Source: Reclinomonas americana ATCC 50394 (taxonomy: Eukaryota). Taken from it: 36,765 nt of DNA. The stretch is from assembly GCA_048213135.1 (NCBI GenBank), contig PS015101.1, positions 51,514-88,278 on the forward strand, read 5' to 3'. Of this stretch, positions 11,301 through 23,065 are shown piece after piece. The notes beneath the pieces are model-generated. The model had not been told where the DNA came from. It did no database searches and saw only the letters and a program-made list of their open reading frames with translations. Position numbers and translations under genes: made by a program. Within the stretch, counting starts at the first letter, position 1. Every line of letters starts with the position of its first letter.

Positions 11301-12061
11301 CGAGAGAGAAAGGAGAGAATGGGAGCACCAGAAGAGGGGAGACAGGAAGAAGATTGTTTCGCAATATATCGGGCTGTGTCGATTCTTGCATCTCACACAC
11401 TCAACTTTCACGCCTTGTTGCACTCTCCCTCTCCCGTTGTGTCTCTCATTCTCACTGTTGCTCTCGATTCTGCTGCGTCGTCGTTTTGTTCCTCCCTTCT
11501 TCCTTTTTCCTCCTTCCCCTCTCTATTTACCCTCTGTACCATCTCCGCCCCACGCTCTTCCTCTCTCTGGCACTTTTCATTCTCTTCTCTCTCTCTCTCN
11601 NNNNNNNNNNNNNNNNNNNNNNNNNNNNNNNNNNNNNNNNNNNNNNNNNNNNNNNNNNNNNNNNNNNNNNNNNNNNNNNNNNNNNNNNNNNNNNNNNNNN
11701 NNNNNNNNNNNNNNNNNNNNNNNNNNNNNNNNNNNNNNNNNNNNNNNNNNNNNNNNNNNNNNNNNNNNNNNNNNNNNNNNNNNNNNNNNNNNNNNNNNNN
11801 NNNNNNNNNNNNNNNNNNNNNNNNNNNNNNNNNNNNNNNNNNNNNNNNNNNNNNNNNNNNNNNNNNNNNNNNNNNNNNNNNNNNNNNNNNNNNNNNNNNN
11901 NNNNNNNNNNNNNNNNNNNNNNNNNNNNNNNNNNNNNNNNNNNNNNNNNNNNNNNNNNNNNNNNNNNNNNNNNNNNNNNNNNNNNNNNNNNNNNNNNNNN
12001 NNNNNNNNNNNNNNNNNNNNNNNNNNNNNNNNNGGGCGATTACTAAAAACAGGAGACAAGA

Positions 12062-12709
12062 TTACTCTTCAAGGAAGAAATAGGTACCGGCCGTCTTTTG
12101 CTCCTTGTCCTTGGTGGAGTTCAGCTTGTTGATGCGTGGTCGGTAGTTGGCGGGATCGCGGCGGAACGTAATGTCCATGCTTTGCAGGAACAGGTTCATG
12201 CCCGTCAGCAGCGGTTGCGGTCTGAGCACGTGCGGTGGTGGGTCGTGAGCATAATCCAAAGGCAAGGGAAATAAAAAGAAAGACGGGACGCAACGAGGTG
12301 GCAGTGCAGTCGACCGACGGCAATCCCGTGTACACAATGACACGATCGGCCAAGTAGGTGGCCATGATGAAATCGTGCTCGACGACAAAGGCCGTGCGCT
12401 TGGTGTGCAGAATGAAGCGCTTGATGACACGCGCAGCAATCACACGCTGCTCCGAATCCAAGTACGCCGACGGCTCGTCAATGAGGTAGACTTGAGCCGG
12501 CTTGCCGAGTGCCAGAATCAGACCGACACGCTGCAGCTCTCCACCAGAGAGGTTTTGCACCTGGTGCGCAAGTGTGAGCAAAAAAGTTTGCACACAAGAA
12601 GAACCCTTTCGCAAAAAACACACACCTCCAGATCCAACAGGTTGTCCAGGTTGAGCGGCTTGGCCACATCGGTCTGGAACTGCGGCAGCAGGTACGCCTC
12701 GTTGATCTT
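12062..12709 (-). CDS. ABCE1: ABCE1/RLI1 C-terminal exons (NBD2), opposite orientation to the 5' exons
   Basis: [19 protein letters not shown]...[15 protein letters not shown]...[15 protein letters not shown]...IKRFILH...[16 protein letters not shown]...|PQPLLTGMN...[26 protein letters not shown]...FFLEE*. Flanked by N-gaps on both sides. Confidence 0.95.
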
Positions 12710-13108
12710 NNNNNNNNNNNNNNNNNNNNNNNNNNNNNNNNNNNNNNNNNNNNNNNNNNNNNNNNNNNNNNNNNNNNNNNNNNNNNNNNNNNNNNNNNNN
12801 NNNNNNNNNNNNNNNNNNNNNNNNNNNNNNNNNNNNNNNNNNNNNNNNNNNNNNNNNNNNNNNNNNNNNNNNNNNNNNNNNNNNNNNNNNNNNNNNNNNN
12901 NNNNNNNNNNNNNNNNNNNNNNNNNNNNNNNNNNNNNNNNNNNNTCTTGACCTGCATGCGCCCTCCCGTTGCTTGTTTTGCCCCCCATTCCCCCCACCCT
13001 TACTGCTTGCTTGTCCCCCCATTTTTTCTTTTCGACTACTCTGTTTGTGTGTGCATGAGACGTTGTTGGTGAAGTGCGTCGTCGACCATTAGACATTGTT
13101 GTTCTGTT

Positions 13109-14903
13109 TCATGTTTTGCCACCGCCTCCACCGCCACCACTGTGCGCGCGACTTCTTTCCAACTGCCGCAGCGATCGGAGCACACGAGTTCTCTTTTCGG
13201 CACGCTTTGCCAGAGTGGTCTGCGTCGCAAGAAAAAAGAGGGTGAGACATACAGAGGCAGCCTCTCTGCGAAAGTCCCACGCGCACATCGCACCTCGGCC
13301 ACACGGCGAAGCAGCGTGAGCAGGAGGGCCTCGTACGCAGAAAAGGCGACAGCGGCAGCGGCGGCGGGACGAGCGCCATGCACGGTGGGCGGCACGTCGA
13401 CCCGCCGCAGAGCCGGCGACAGGGAGATGAGCGAGAGGCCACGCACCAGCACCTGCACGACAGAGAAAGTTGAGTGGAGCGCAAAGAGAAGCAGGCCATG
13501 CCTTGTCGAAGAACGCAACCGCGGAGAGCAAACCCTGTGGCGAGGCCTCGGAGCGATTCGAAAGCAGTGCACGGAGTGCGTCAAAGAAGAGTGGAAACGA
13601 GCTGAGGCCGCCGCTGAGTACGGTGAGCACCCACAACGAATCCATCTTGTACTGCTGATGCATCCACATGAGCCAGTTGAGCAGGCCGAACGAGGCCGAC
13701 GAGAAGATGGCAAGCGATCGCATGTCGAGCTCGCCGAGACCCGCTCGTGCCGCCTGCTGCCGCAGCTGCCACAGTTTGCGAACAGGCCTCCCATTCTGAT
13801 ACCACAATACCACATACGAGGTCACACTCTGCAGCGCCAGCGACGTCACATCGATGAGCAGCGCGTGCTGGCGAGCCACTGCACGCCACCCACATCAGTG
13901 CCCCATAGAGGTCATACAAGGCGTCGCTCGTGTCACGTACCGGACTTGGCAAACGCACGCGGCGTGGAAAAGTCGATTCCCTGTCGCACGCTCCACACCG
14001 CCGACGAGAACAGCGACAGCACCTCACTTGACGTGGTCAGCAGCGCATCTGTCGGCGACACGACCTGCGCCGCGCAACGTGAGTGGCCACGCAGACAAGG
14101 CGAGGTCTCCTGCAAGAGCCAACCTGATCCTTGTCCTTGGCGACCCACACGTCAGTGGCGGTGGCGGCCTTTTGCGCCAGCGTCAACGTGGAGCCCGCAA
14201 GACCCGCCAGTCGACTGACGAACTTGACAAAGGCCGGCTGCCGCTTGGCCAGCAAGGCCAGTACAGTGGCCGCCGACAGCTCCGCGCCGAGCACCGCCGA
14301 CTTGCCAAGCCGCACGCGCGCCACTCGATCCGGCAGCTTCTCCAGCCCGACTCGCACGATCTCTGCTCCCTCGCTGCGTCATCAGACACGCAGGCAAAAG
14401 CAGCGCAGCAAAAGGAGAGTGGACACAGACGCAACCAAGAGCCGGCACGTGCTCCAGCCACTGTGCCAGGCGATGCGATGGTCGTCGGATCCACGAGGCC
14501 AGTCGCGCACCGATTCGATCGCTCTCTCGCCATCCCTGATCGATTCTGTTGGGACAAGAGACGCACAAGAGGGAGAGAGACACACACAACGCACTACTCG
14601 TCGTGCTGGGGATCGCTGCTGCTGTTGCTGCTGCTGCTGGACAACTCGAGCATCGTCAATGAGCAGCTGTGCATCGATCATCCCGTGTCAATGCGATTCT
14701 CTCAGTGTGTCCTCTTCCCTTCCCGCACATGCCTCGTCTTCCTCTTCTTCTTCACCCTCCTCCTCTTCCTCTTCTTGGTCGTCGTCCTCATCGTCTTTGG
14801 TGGCATTCATCTCTTGCACGTGAGACACACTGCTGCTGCTGCTGCCGCTCGTGTCGAGGTGCGCCATCAGCACTGCGGTGCGTCGCTGCACATCGCTCAA
14901 CAT
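13109..14903 (-). CDS. Hypothetical protein with acidic N-terminus and hydrophobic (possibly transmembrane) C-terminal half
   Basis: Multi-exon model from MLSDVQRRTAVLMAHL through LAIFSSASFGLLNWLMW and LWVLTVLSGGLSSFPLFF to GGGGKT*. GT-AG introns can be placed in frame. Family not recognised. Confidence 0.55.
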
Positions 14904-14969
14904 GCCTTGTGCGTGTGTGTTTACTCTCTGCTCCTCGAGTGAACTGTGCGTGTCTGCGATCGACTGGGC

Positions 14970-16268
14970 TCATTCCGGCGGATCGACTGCTGCGGCTGCA
15001 GCTGCGGCAGACCCGGAGGCGCCCTCTTCGGCTGCCGTGGGTGGCAGGCGACTCTGCAGAAACTTGAGCAAGTCGGCGATCTCGGCGTCGCACGCCGAGT
15101 GTTGCATGCCGCGATATGTGCGGAAGTCCACCGGCACGCCCAGCTGCAGAAAACAGTGAGACAACGAAAGACGGGAATCTGTCGTGGCACTCCGCAAACA
15201 CCTTCTCCAGCAGCTCCTTCGACTTGAGACCGTAGGCGTACTTGACCAGTGGATCGGCATCGCCGTGGCCCCAGAACACTTTCGTGCCCTTGCCGTGCTC
15301 CGTCAATGCCTGCGACCAAACATGAGCAGCGCAACAACGATTGGCCGACTGCTCACTCACAACGCCAACCGTGACTTCCTCCATGAGACTCGGCGCGAGC
15401 GGGATGTACGAGCTGAGAGCCACAGCGCCAGCAAGAGGCTGCGGAGTGGTGAGCGCAGAGTAGATGGCCACGGCACCACCTGTCATGCACACAAGTTAAG
15501 CACTTGCAATAGGCAGCGCACAGAACGCGCAGGGACCTTGACTGAAGCCGCCTACGACCACACGGTCCGAGGAGACACCAGCTGCCACCTCATCATTGAT
15601 CAGCTTGTGTACTGCCAGACAAGACAGTGTGAGCAACGAAAGGCACGCCCGAAACAACTGTGAGAGGAAGACCGTAATCGACACTCTGCTTGATGCCAGC
15701 CTCGTCCTCCGGAGCTCCCTCTGTCAACGCATGAATGTCGTACCAACGAGGCTGTGTGCATACGCGCAGGTAAGCAGTGAGGGCAAAGGATGAGCTTGAG
15801 AGGCGCAAAGAACCACTGCAAAAAGGAGAGGCAAACAATCAGTATACAGTGAGGCACGCAGCAAGCTGTGACTGTGAGCAAGAGCGCAACTGGGGAAGCC
15901 AAAGTTGAGAGTCACTGGTCCCGTTTGACTGCGCAGACAACACGCACAGTGAGACAGTGTGTGTGAGAGAGAGAATCACAAAGACAGAGTGTGTGTGAGA
16001 GAGACAACGCAACGCAGTCGGAAGAATGAACTTGACATGTGGAAGACGCGGACCAAGCATGTGCGCCACAGGGTCGTGCCAGCCAGCACCAGTGTCGCCT
16101 TTTATGACAGACAATCAGTCACATAAAAGAGAGAAAGACTGATCTTTCGCGCTCACCAAGTCCATGCAAGAAGATGACTGTGGCCGAGTGCACGCCCTTT
16201 GCCTTGACAACCAGAGGCGGAGGGTAGTCAACAGGTACGCTCGAGGAGCCACTCATCTCACTGCCCAT
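14970..16268 (-). CDS. Acyl-protein thioesterase / lysophospholipase (APT1/LYPLA, abhydrolase_2)
   Basis: ATVIFLHGLG|DTGAGW...VKFILPTA|QTGPVTLNFGFP-M-PRWYDI...EDEAGI...VVVGGFSQG|GAVA...VFWGHGDADPLV...YRGMQHSAC. Catalytic Ser (GFSQG), Asp and His present. Start at 16268 or 16256. Confidence 0.95.
15814..15815 (-). other. Predicted 2-nt micro-exon (TG) of the thioesterase
   Basis: On the minus strand: ...CCC A|gttgcg...tttttgcag|TG|gttctt...cacacag|CCT CGT TGG. This builds the ATG of the conserved MPxW(Y/F)DI motif. Confidence 0.7.
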
Positions 16269-16353
16269 GAGAGAGAGAAGAAAGAGACAATGAACGCGCG
16301 CGCGCGAGTCTCTTCCTCTCTAGCACACACACGCACGCACTTTGACAGAGAGA

Positions 16354-16517
16354 ATGAGGAGACGACAGTGGGCCGACTCCTCGCCCATGGTCGACGAGCT
16401 TGCCAAGCAAGTCGAGGAGAAGAAGCGGCAAAAGGTCAATCAGTGTGTATGTGTGTGTATGCAGAGTGCAAGTGTGAGAGAGAGAGAGCACTTGTCTCTC
16501 TCTCTCTCTCAGTGTCT

Positions 16518-16551
<34 letters not shown>

Positions 16552-19500
16552 GCGTGTTCACTTCTCCACAGGCAATGGAGGACCTCGCCGATCGACGACA
16601 GACGCTGGAGCACTACAAGAGCTATGCACTGGGAGCGCAACAGCAGGGACAGGGATCGTTGAGTCTCTCTCAGTCACACATGCATCATTCATCATTCATC
16701 ATCATATCATTCATTCATCGATTGCTTAGTGAGGAACTGAATCGATTGGTGGCGGAGCAAGAGTCGCGCATTGCGGCTGTGGAACGCGAGATGAATAAGC
16801 TGTACGGTGCAAGTGGAGCTACTGTAATGGTCGCGCCTCCGTCGTCCAATGCGCCGATGACGGTGGTGACTGCCGTGCCGCGTCGTTGAGTGTGTTGCAG
16901 TTGCACGTGGAGCAGAGAGAGCGTCTGCTGATGAAGAGTGTGTGTGGGGGGCAGGCGCGACTGTGATCCCGGGAGCTGTGGCTGGTGAGCGGCGAGTGTC
17001 GCAGCCGGTGAATGCAGGAGGCGCGGATGCGGATAAGGAGAAGCTGAAGCGTGAGGCGTTTGGTCGCGATGAGTATGTACCGCCGGTGGCTGCCCAGCAG
17101 CAGCAGCAGCAGCATCGGGCTCCGGCGGCGCCTGCGCGTTCGGCGAGTGCGAATGCGGCGAAGAGCAGGCGCGATGAGATCTATGAGAAGAAGCGGCAGG
17201 AGTATCTGGCCAAGGCGCGAGGTGGCAATGGAGGTGGGGCGCCGACTAGCGCACCGTCGCATGCGTCGCGGCCGTCGGTGGCTGAGGTTTGGCGATCGTC
17301 TTTATGCTGCGGCCTTCTTTCCCCTCATTCCTCTCTCTCTTTCCGTGGTGGCAGGCGTACGGTGGTCGCGATGATGATGATGGCGACCATGGCGGTCTGG
17401 CGGAGCGAGGTCGACTGGCTGGACGGCCGCCACCGATCGATACGCTGTCGCGCCAGGTCTCTGCACCGCCTCGCGGTTTCCTCGACTCGCCGCCGAGTAG
17501 CGGTGGAGGAGGAGGAGGAGGATACATGGTGGCGGGCGCTGGTGCTGCCGGTGGCGGTGCAAGGCGTGATCCGACGCGAGCGTTCGACATGCACTCGGAT
17601 CCCACACCCACTCACGAGGCGAATCCACCACGACGGACACCGCCGGCTGTCGACGAGAGTGTTGGTCTCTTTGCTGGCATGGGCAAGGGCAATCCACCAC
17701 CGCGGCGACAGAGCAACACACCGCCCTCGGCGCCGCCATCGCGAGAAGCTCGATCGCGGCCTCCAGTGCAGGTTTGTTTGCCACAGTATCGCGTGTTCCC
17801 TCTCCTTCGTTCACAGAGCGATGCGCGCAGCCGAATTCCGGTCCGCGGGTCGACGAGAGCATTGGTCTGTTCAAGGGCTTGGGGAAAGCCGATCGACCCA
17901 CCGATCGCATCAAGCAGCGTGTGCAGTCGCCGCCAGTGTCGCCAAATCCTTCGTCGGCTCCACCCTCGGCTGGAGGCAATCGCAGGCGACCGAGTGAGGT
18001 ATTGGTGGCTTGTGCTGTGTCGTTGCCGTGCGTCTGCTGACCGTATTCCCTTCTGTGATAGCCGGAGCAGTATGATCCGAATGGCGGTCTCTTCAAGGGC
18101 CTCGGCGAGGATCGCAATCGAAATCGTGCTCGCGAATCTCCCTCCGACGCCATGATGCTGATGCCACCACCACCCGCGCCTGCCGGGCGACGTCGTACGC
18201 TGGATGGTGGTGATCCGTACGACAATGGGGGAGGAGGAGGAGGTGGCGGCGGCGGCCTGTTTGCTGGTTTGGGGCAGGAGCAGGCGGATAAGGCCGCACG
18301 GAAGCGAGAGAATCACATGGCGTACAAGCAGGAGCTGGATAGAGCGCGTGGCGAGTCCACGTCGGCGTTTGTGGCGGACAACGGACACGATGGTGCTCTG
18401 CTGCGGCGTAATTCGTCCAAGGACAATGTTGCGTTCACTGCGTTTCTCTCTTTCTTTCTTTCTTTTCCGCACCTCACATGCATGAGCTGCAATAGGTGAG
18501 GTCGACACCGCCAAGCGATCCGTACGCCGCTGTCGAGGCTGCGCACCACGGTCGTCCACGTTGCGTCGAGTGACATCCCTGCATGTGAGACTCTGCATCC
18601 CGTGCTGACCAACATTGTCCTCCAGATCCATCGCAGGAGTCGGGAGCAGCGGCGGTATGTGCATGTATGCTTGTGAGTGGTGTGGCAACTCTCGTTTCTC
18701 ACCTGCGTCGCTGCAGCCCAACGCTCGACAGCAGCAACGGGACGCAAAGGAAGAGTATCGACAAGCCCTGCGTGCGTACTGTTGTTCGTGTTGTTGGAGG
18801 ACGTGTGAACCCAAACTCAGTGGTTTCCATCTGTTGCTTCTTGCAGAGAACCAGATTCGCGAGCGTCAGAACATCGAACAGCCGGTGAGAATCAGCCTTG
18901 CCTCGATCTGCAAGCGTGTAGTATGTGTGTGTGTTCACTCGCGATTCCTGCAGCGCGGTGATGGCAGGCAGAGCTCACGCAGCGACAGTGATTCCGGTCC
19001 AGCAACGCCCACTGGCGATGGTGATGGTCTGTCACCGACCGTGGTTTGACTGCGCCATCTTTCATCTCTGAAATGTGGGGTGCTGCGGTGCAGGTCCAAA
19101 GGGATCGGTGAGAGCGCGTGGCATTCGTGCGGAACTCGCGGGCGGTGAGGATGCCGTGCGGAAAAGACATCAAGCACAACGAGAGATGCAGGAGGCCTTG
19201 CAGCGACAAGTCGAGGAGAAGAAGCGCAAACAGGAGGAGGAGAAGCGAAAAATCGAAGAGGAGGAGCGGCGTGAGGAGGAGCGGTTCCGTCGCCAGCTGG
19301 AGGAGGAGCAGAAAGCCATTCGAGCCAGTCAGGATGTGTGTGCCAGCCTCCCTTTTTGTGCTCATCCACTCGCACTCACTTTTCCCTCCCCTTTGTCAGA
19401 AACGAACGGGCAAGATGCAAAAAGCCGCTGCTGCCGCCGCACCGCCGGCGCCAGTCGTCGATGTGGTGGCGCATGGTCGGCGTCGCGGCTCACGTCAGAT

Positions 19501-21682
19501 CAGCCCACCCGCGTCGCCGTCCAGTGGAGCGCGCACCGGCAATCAGCGGCGAGGGTCGGCTTCTGGGTCGGAGCCGTCGAGCCCATCCAACGGTGGTGCT
19601 CGTGGTGGCGCACGTCGCACCGAGCCGGCGACCAAGATTCCGTCGCCGAGCAATGCGCGAAGACGGCCATCGACTGCCGATCGAAGTGACGATGACGACG
19701 ATGCACCGTCACCCGCACCACCCACGGGCAATCGGCGGGCGGATCTTGACGGTGCGTGAGGGATTGTGTGCCGCGCCGATGGTGACAGTTGATTCACACT
19801 TTCTTTCTTTTCACGCAGATGTGTTTGGTGCGCCGTCGGACAGGTTAGCCAATGTGTTTGGAGATGCCGGCGGCCCAAAGCCCGTCGTGATGCAACCTCG
19901 GCGAGCACCGGCCGCCGTCTCAGCAGCGGTGGCTGGTCGCTCTGCAGGACCACCGAGTCAGGTGCCATACACAGCCGAGGAGGCTGCGTTGGCCGCCGAA
20001 CGCGACCTCGTGGTGAAGCAGCTGAACGACATTCGCCTCGCCCTCACCCAACTGTCGGCTCACCAGGCGGTGCGTTGTCCAAGTTGCTTGTGTTTCTCAG
20101 TCGGCGCGACTCACCCTTCAGGGGCGCAGATGTTTGGTGAGCAGCACATCCAGCTGCGTGAGAAACTGGAGCACCAGGCGGCCGACATGCGACGCCTGAC
20201 GAACAAGATTGTCGAGGGTGACGACGGTCCCCCCGTTCCCCTTCGCCCACTGTCAGGTTCGCACAGAAGAGAGAAACGGATGAATGGTGCGTGTCAACTC
20301 ACTTGATTGCTGCTCAGGCGGCCGCGGTCGTGGGATGCAGCTGCCGTCGGAGGCCATGAGTCGAATGGCGGTGGCCGCTTTGCCGCATCGAGATGTCACG
20401 TCAACCACAACGACGACCACCACCACCGCCACAGCAGCAGCGTACAATCGACCGACGGTTGTGGTGGAGGAGCAGCAGCCGGAGACCCGCGAGCACGCGC
20501 TGCTGCTGCAACGCCGGCGCGAGCTGGAGGCCGAATTGAGGCGGTTGCAAGACGCGTCGTCGAGCTGTTGCGTGTATATGTCTTCTTCTTCTCTCTCTCT
20601 CGCTGTGCAGTGTCTCATGTGAGTGAGCAGACATACCACCAAGCTCCCCCGACCGTGCGTCGTCACCGGCACCGACACCAGTGGCCCTGTCGTCGAGACC
20701 GTCGACTGGAGTTGCGACAGACGTCTCCACCCGCGAGGAGTGTCGTGAACGAGAGAGTTGACATTGCGTCTCTGTGCAGAATCGCCAAAAGCTGGTGGAT
20801 GTGATGAATCCCGCCGACCCGCACAGCGCATGGCGCCGACCGACCACGCCAAAACTCGCCGGCATGGCCGTGCCCGACGATGCGAGGTACGCTGTGCAGG
20901 TGTGATTGAACAAGTGAGTGTGCATGCTGACGTCTGTGCGCAGCCGGGGCAAGACGCCGGGTACGGCCGTGTCGCTGGCCGGGCACAGCACGTTTGTGCG
21001 CCCACCGGACATGCCCAAGTTGCGCATTCGTCTCTCTCTCTCTTCGCTCTTCCCGCCACAGTCTGCTGACTTGCGCTGTGTGCACACAGTCCACTGCTGG
21101 AGGCCTCGGTCGACACGGACGAAGACGATGTGCACTCTCCGACGCTCGCTCGCCTCGAGTCGGCGGTGGACGACCGACTGAAGCGATTGCAGGTCTGCGC
21201 ATGCTCGCACACTTGCCTGTGCACGGTTTTCCCCTCACTCTTGGTGCTATGGCAGAAACTCGAAGGTGCCTTGTCGGCCGACAACTCCATGTCGTGCGAC
21301 ACCTCCATGCAAGACACGGATATCGAGCGGCTGACCGAGTACCTGCAGGCCATGTCGCCGCTGAATTCTCCCGAGAAGCCTCTGCGTTCACGACCGTCGT
21401 CGCGTGCAACTGGCGCATCCGCCAATGTTGCGTCATCACAACCTACTGTGTGCTGTTACTTGCCGTGTTCCTCACCCGTTAAGCTAGGGTAATCCCCTGG
21501 AACGCTCGCTCGCCGCGCAGACGACGTGGATCGACCTGAATGCCTCGACGCGCACCACCCTCAGCAACATGGCTGCGATGCTCAACATGGCGCAGGCTGT
21601 GGAGCTCGAACCGCCAACACCCGGACAAGAGTTCGACAGTCCCATCACCCCGTCGTCGCCCGTGGCCCGACGGCGACCGTGA
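16354..21682 (+). CDS. Large low-complexity coiled-coil protein, CSPP1/CCDC66-like (centrosome/cilium)
   Basis: About 20 in-frame exons. Segments YRQALQNQIRER and EMQEALQRQVEEKKRKQEEEKRKIEEEERREEER resemble the CCDC66/CSPP1 domain from memory. Ends ...PVARRRP*. Confidence 0.6.
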
Positions 21683-21727
21683 GTAAAATGGGAAGAGAGG
21701 TCATTGACGTATGCATTGATTGTTTTT

Positions 21728-23000
21728 TCAGAGGAGCAGAGCAAGAGCGAGGAGACCGCCAAAGAAGAGGTGATACTGGGCGGTGCGCTGTGGGAGCTTG
21801 GCCAGCTCACCCTTCTCAAATGCACCCATGAGGCGGTACGCCTGCGGGAAGGTGATCAGCGGGAGCAGGATGCGAGTCCCATACGTGGACCACACAGTGA
21901 GGAGCCAGACGTGCGCGCCAATGAGCTGCGCGCAGTACCTGTCTCTCGCCCGGCGAGTGAGTGAATGGGGGATTATGGCGACAGCAGCTCTGTGTGACGC
22001 AACACAAAGTTGCACGCCTTGCGCCCAAAGATAATCGGGAATGTGCGAATGCCAGCCGCCTTGTCGGTCTCCGCATCGCGCGTGTTATTGGCATGCAGAA
22101 TCGCCGTGGTCACCAATCCCACCGGCACCGAGGCATACAGCGTCGCCCACACATGCTCGTTGCCGAGGGCCAGCGCGCCGCCAAGCATCAACAGCGGACC
22201 TGCACACACAGCAGCAACCGAGGAGTGAGCAAGCTGGCCGACGAAACTTGACGACGACAAGTGTCGAGTCGCACCAAACACAACAAAGATCGTCACATCG
22301 CCCAACGCATGATACTTGAGCGAAAACGGCGGTCCCGTATACGAAAACGCCAGCAGCACGCCCACAAAGCCGACTCCCAGCAGTCCCGCATTGGCCATGT
22401 ACGGCAGCTCACCGGTGCCGGCCTCCAACACCGCACGCATTCTCGGCGTCGGCCACACCACCAACCACAAGCCCAACAGCACTCCCAGCGCGCCCAGAGA
22501 CACCGCCAGCTCAAACACTTGCGTGGGCGTCACTATGCGGTCCACGAGGCTGCGATCGTCGGCCGACTTGCTCGTGTCGACCTTGTAATCAAAGCTGCGA
22601 TGTATCAATAATGAAATACAGTGGCAGTGGCAAAACAAACAAACAGTGGCGCGTAACTCGAAGAAGGTGTTGAGCAGGTTGCCAAAGGCGTGCAGGCACA
22701 GCGCGGCAATCGTCATTCCCTGTGACGGAGACAACTGATGAAAATCTGACTCTCTTTCTTTCGTGTGTGTGTGTGACACTGACCAGCATGCGACTGAGAG
22801 GCCACGACTCGTCCTCGTGCAGCTCATCAACCGCCAGTGCAAAGGACACTGCGAGAGGGACAAGTGTGGCAGTGAATGACCACGGCCGCGTGGCCATAAA
22901 CTGCGCGACACACACACACACACATGCGAGTGAGCGCGCAGAGTTGCGCGTGTGAGAGAGCGGGAGTGAAGCGGCGCCAAACCAACTCTGTGAAGCCCAT
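21728..23000 (-). CDS. UBIAD1: UbiA-family prenyltransferase (UBIAD1/MenA-like)
   Basis: ATRPWSFTATLVP, GNLLNTFFD|FDYKVD...DDRSLVD, YTGPPFSLKYHALGD, AILHANNTRDAETDKAAGIRT, LPQRTAQ motifs. Confidence 0.92.
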
Positions 23001-23065
23001 TTGAAGTGGTGACGGTCTGCACCAGTCGACGGAGCACGCACTTCAATTGCGGTCGTGGCTCGGCG

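Noticed and set aside
11245-13096. ORFs spanning N-runs (also 2144-3438 and 33074-34316)
   Set aside because: Artifacts of translating assembly gaps.
13453-13519. Possible GC donor AAG|GCATGG
   Set aside because: An in-frame GTTGCG donor lies 18 nt upstream and gives a more typical intron length. GC use cannot be excluded without RNA data.
14638-14735. Possible GC-AG intron (GAG|GCATGT...CACAG) in the hypothetical gene
   Set aside because: A GT-AG alternative ending at ...GTCCAG gives a frame compatible with the next exon, so a GC donor is not needed.
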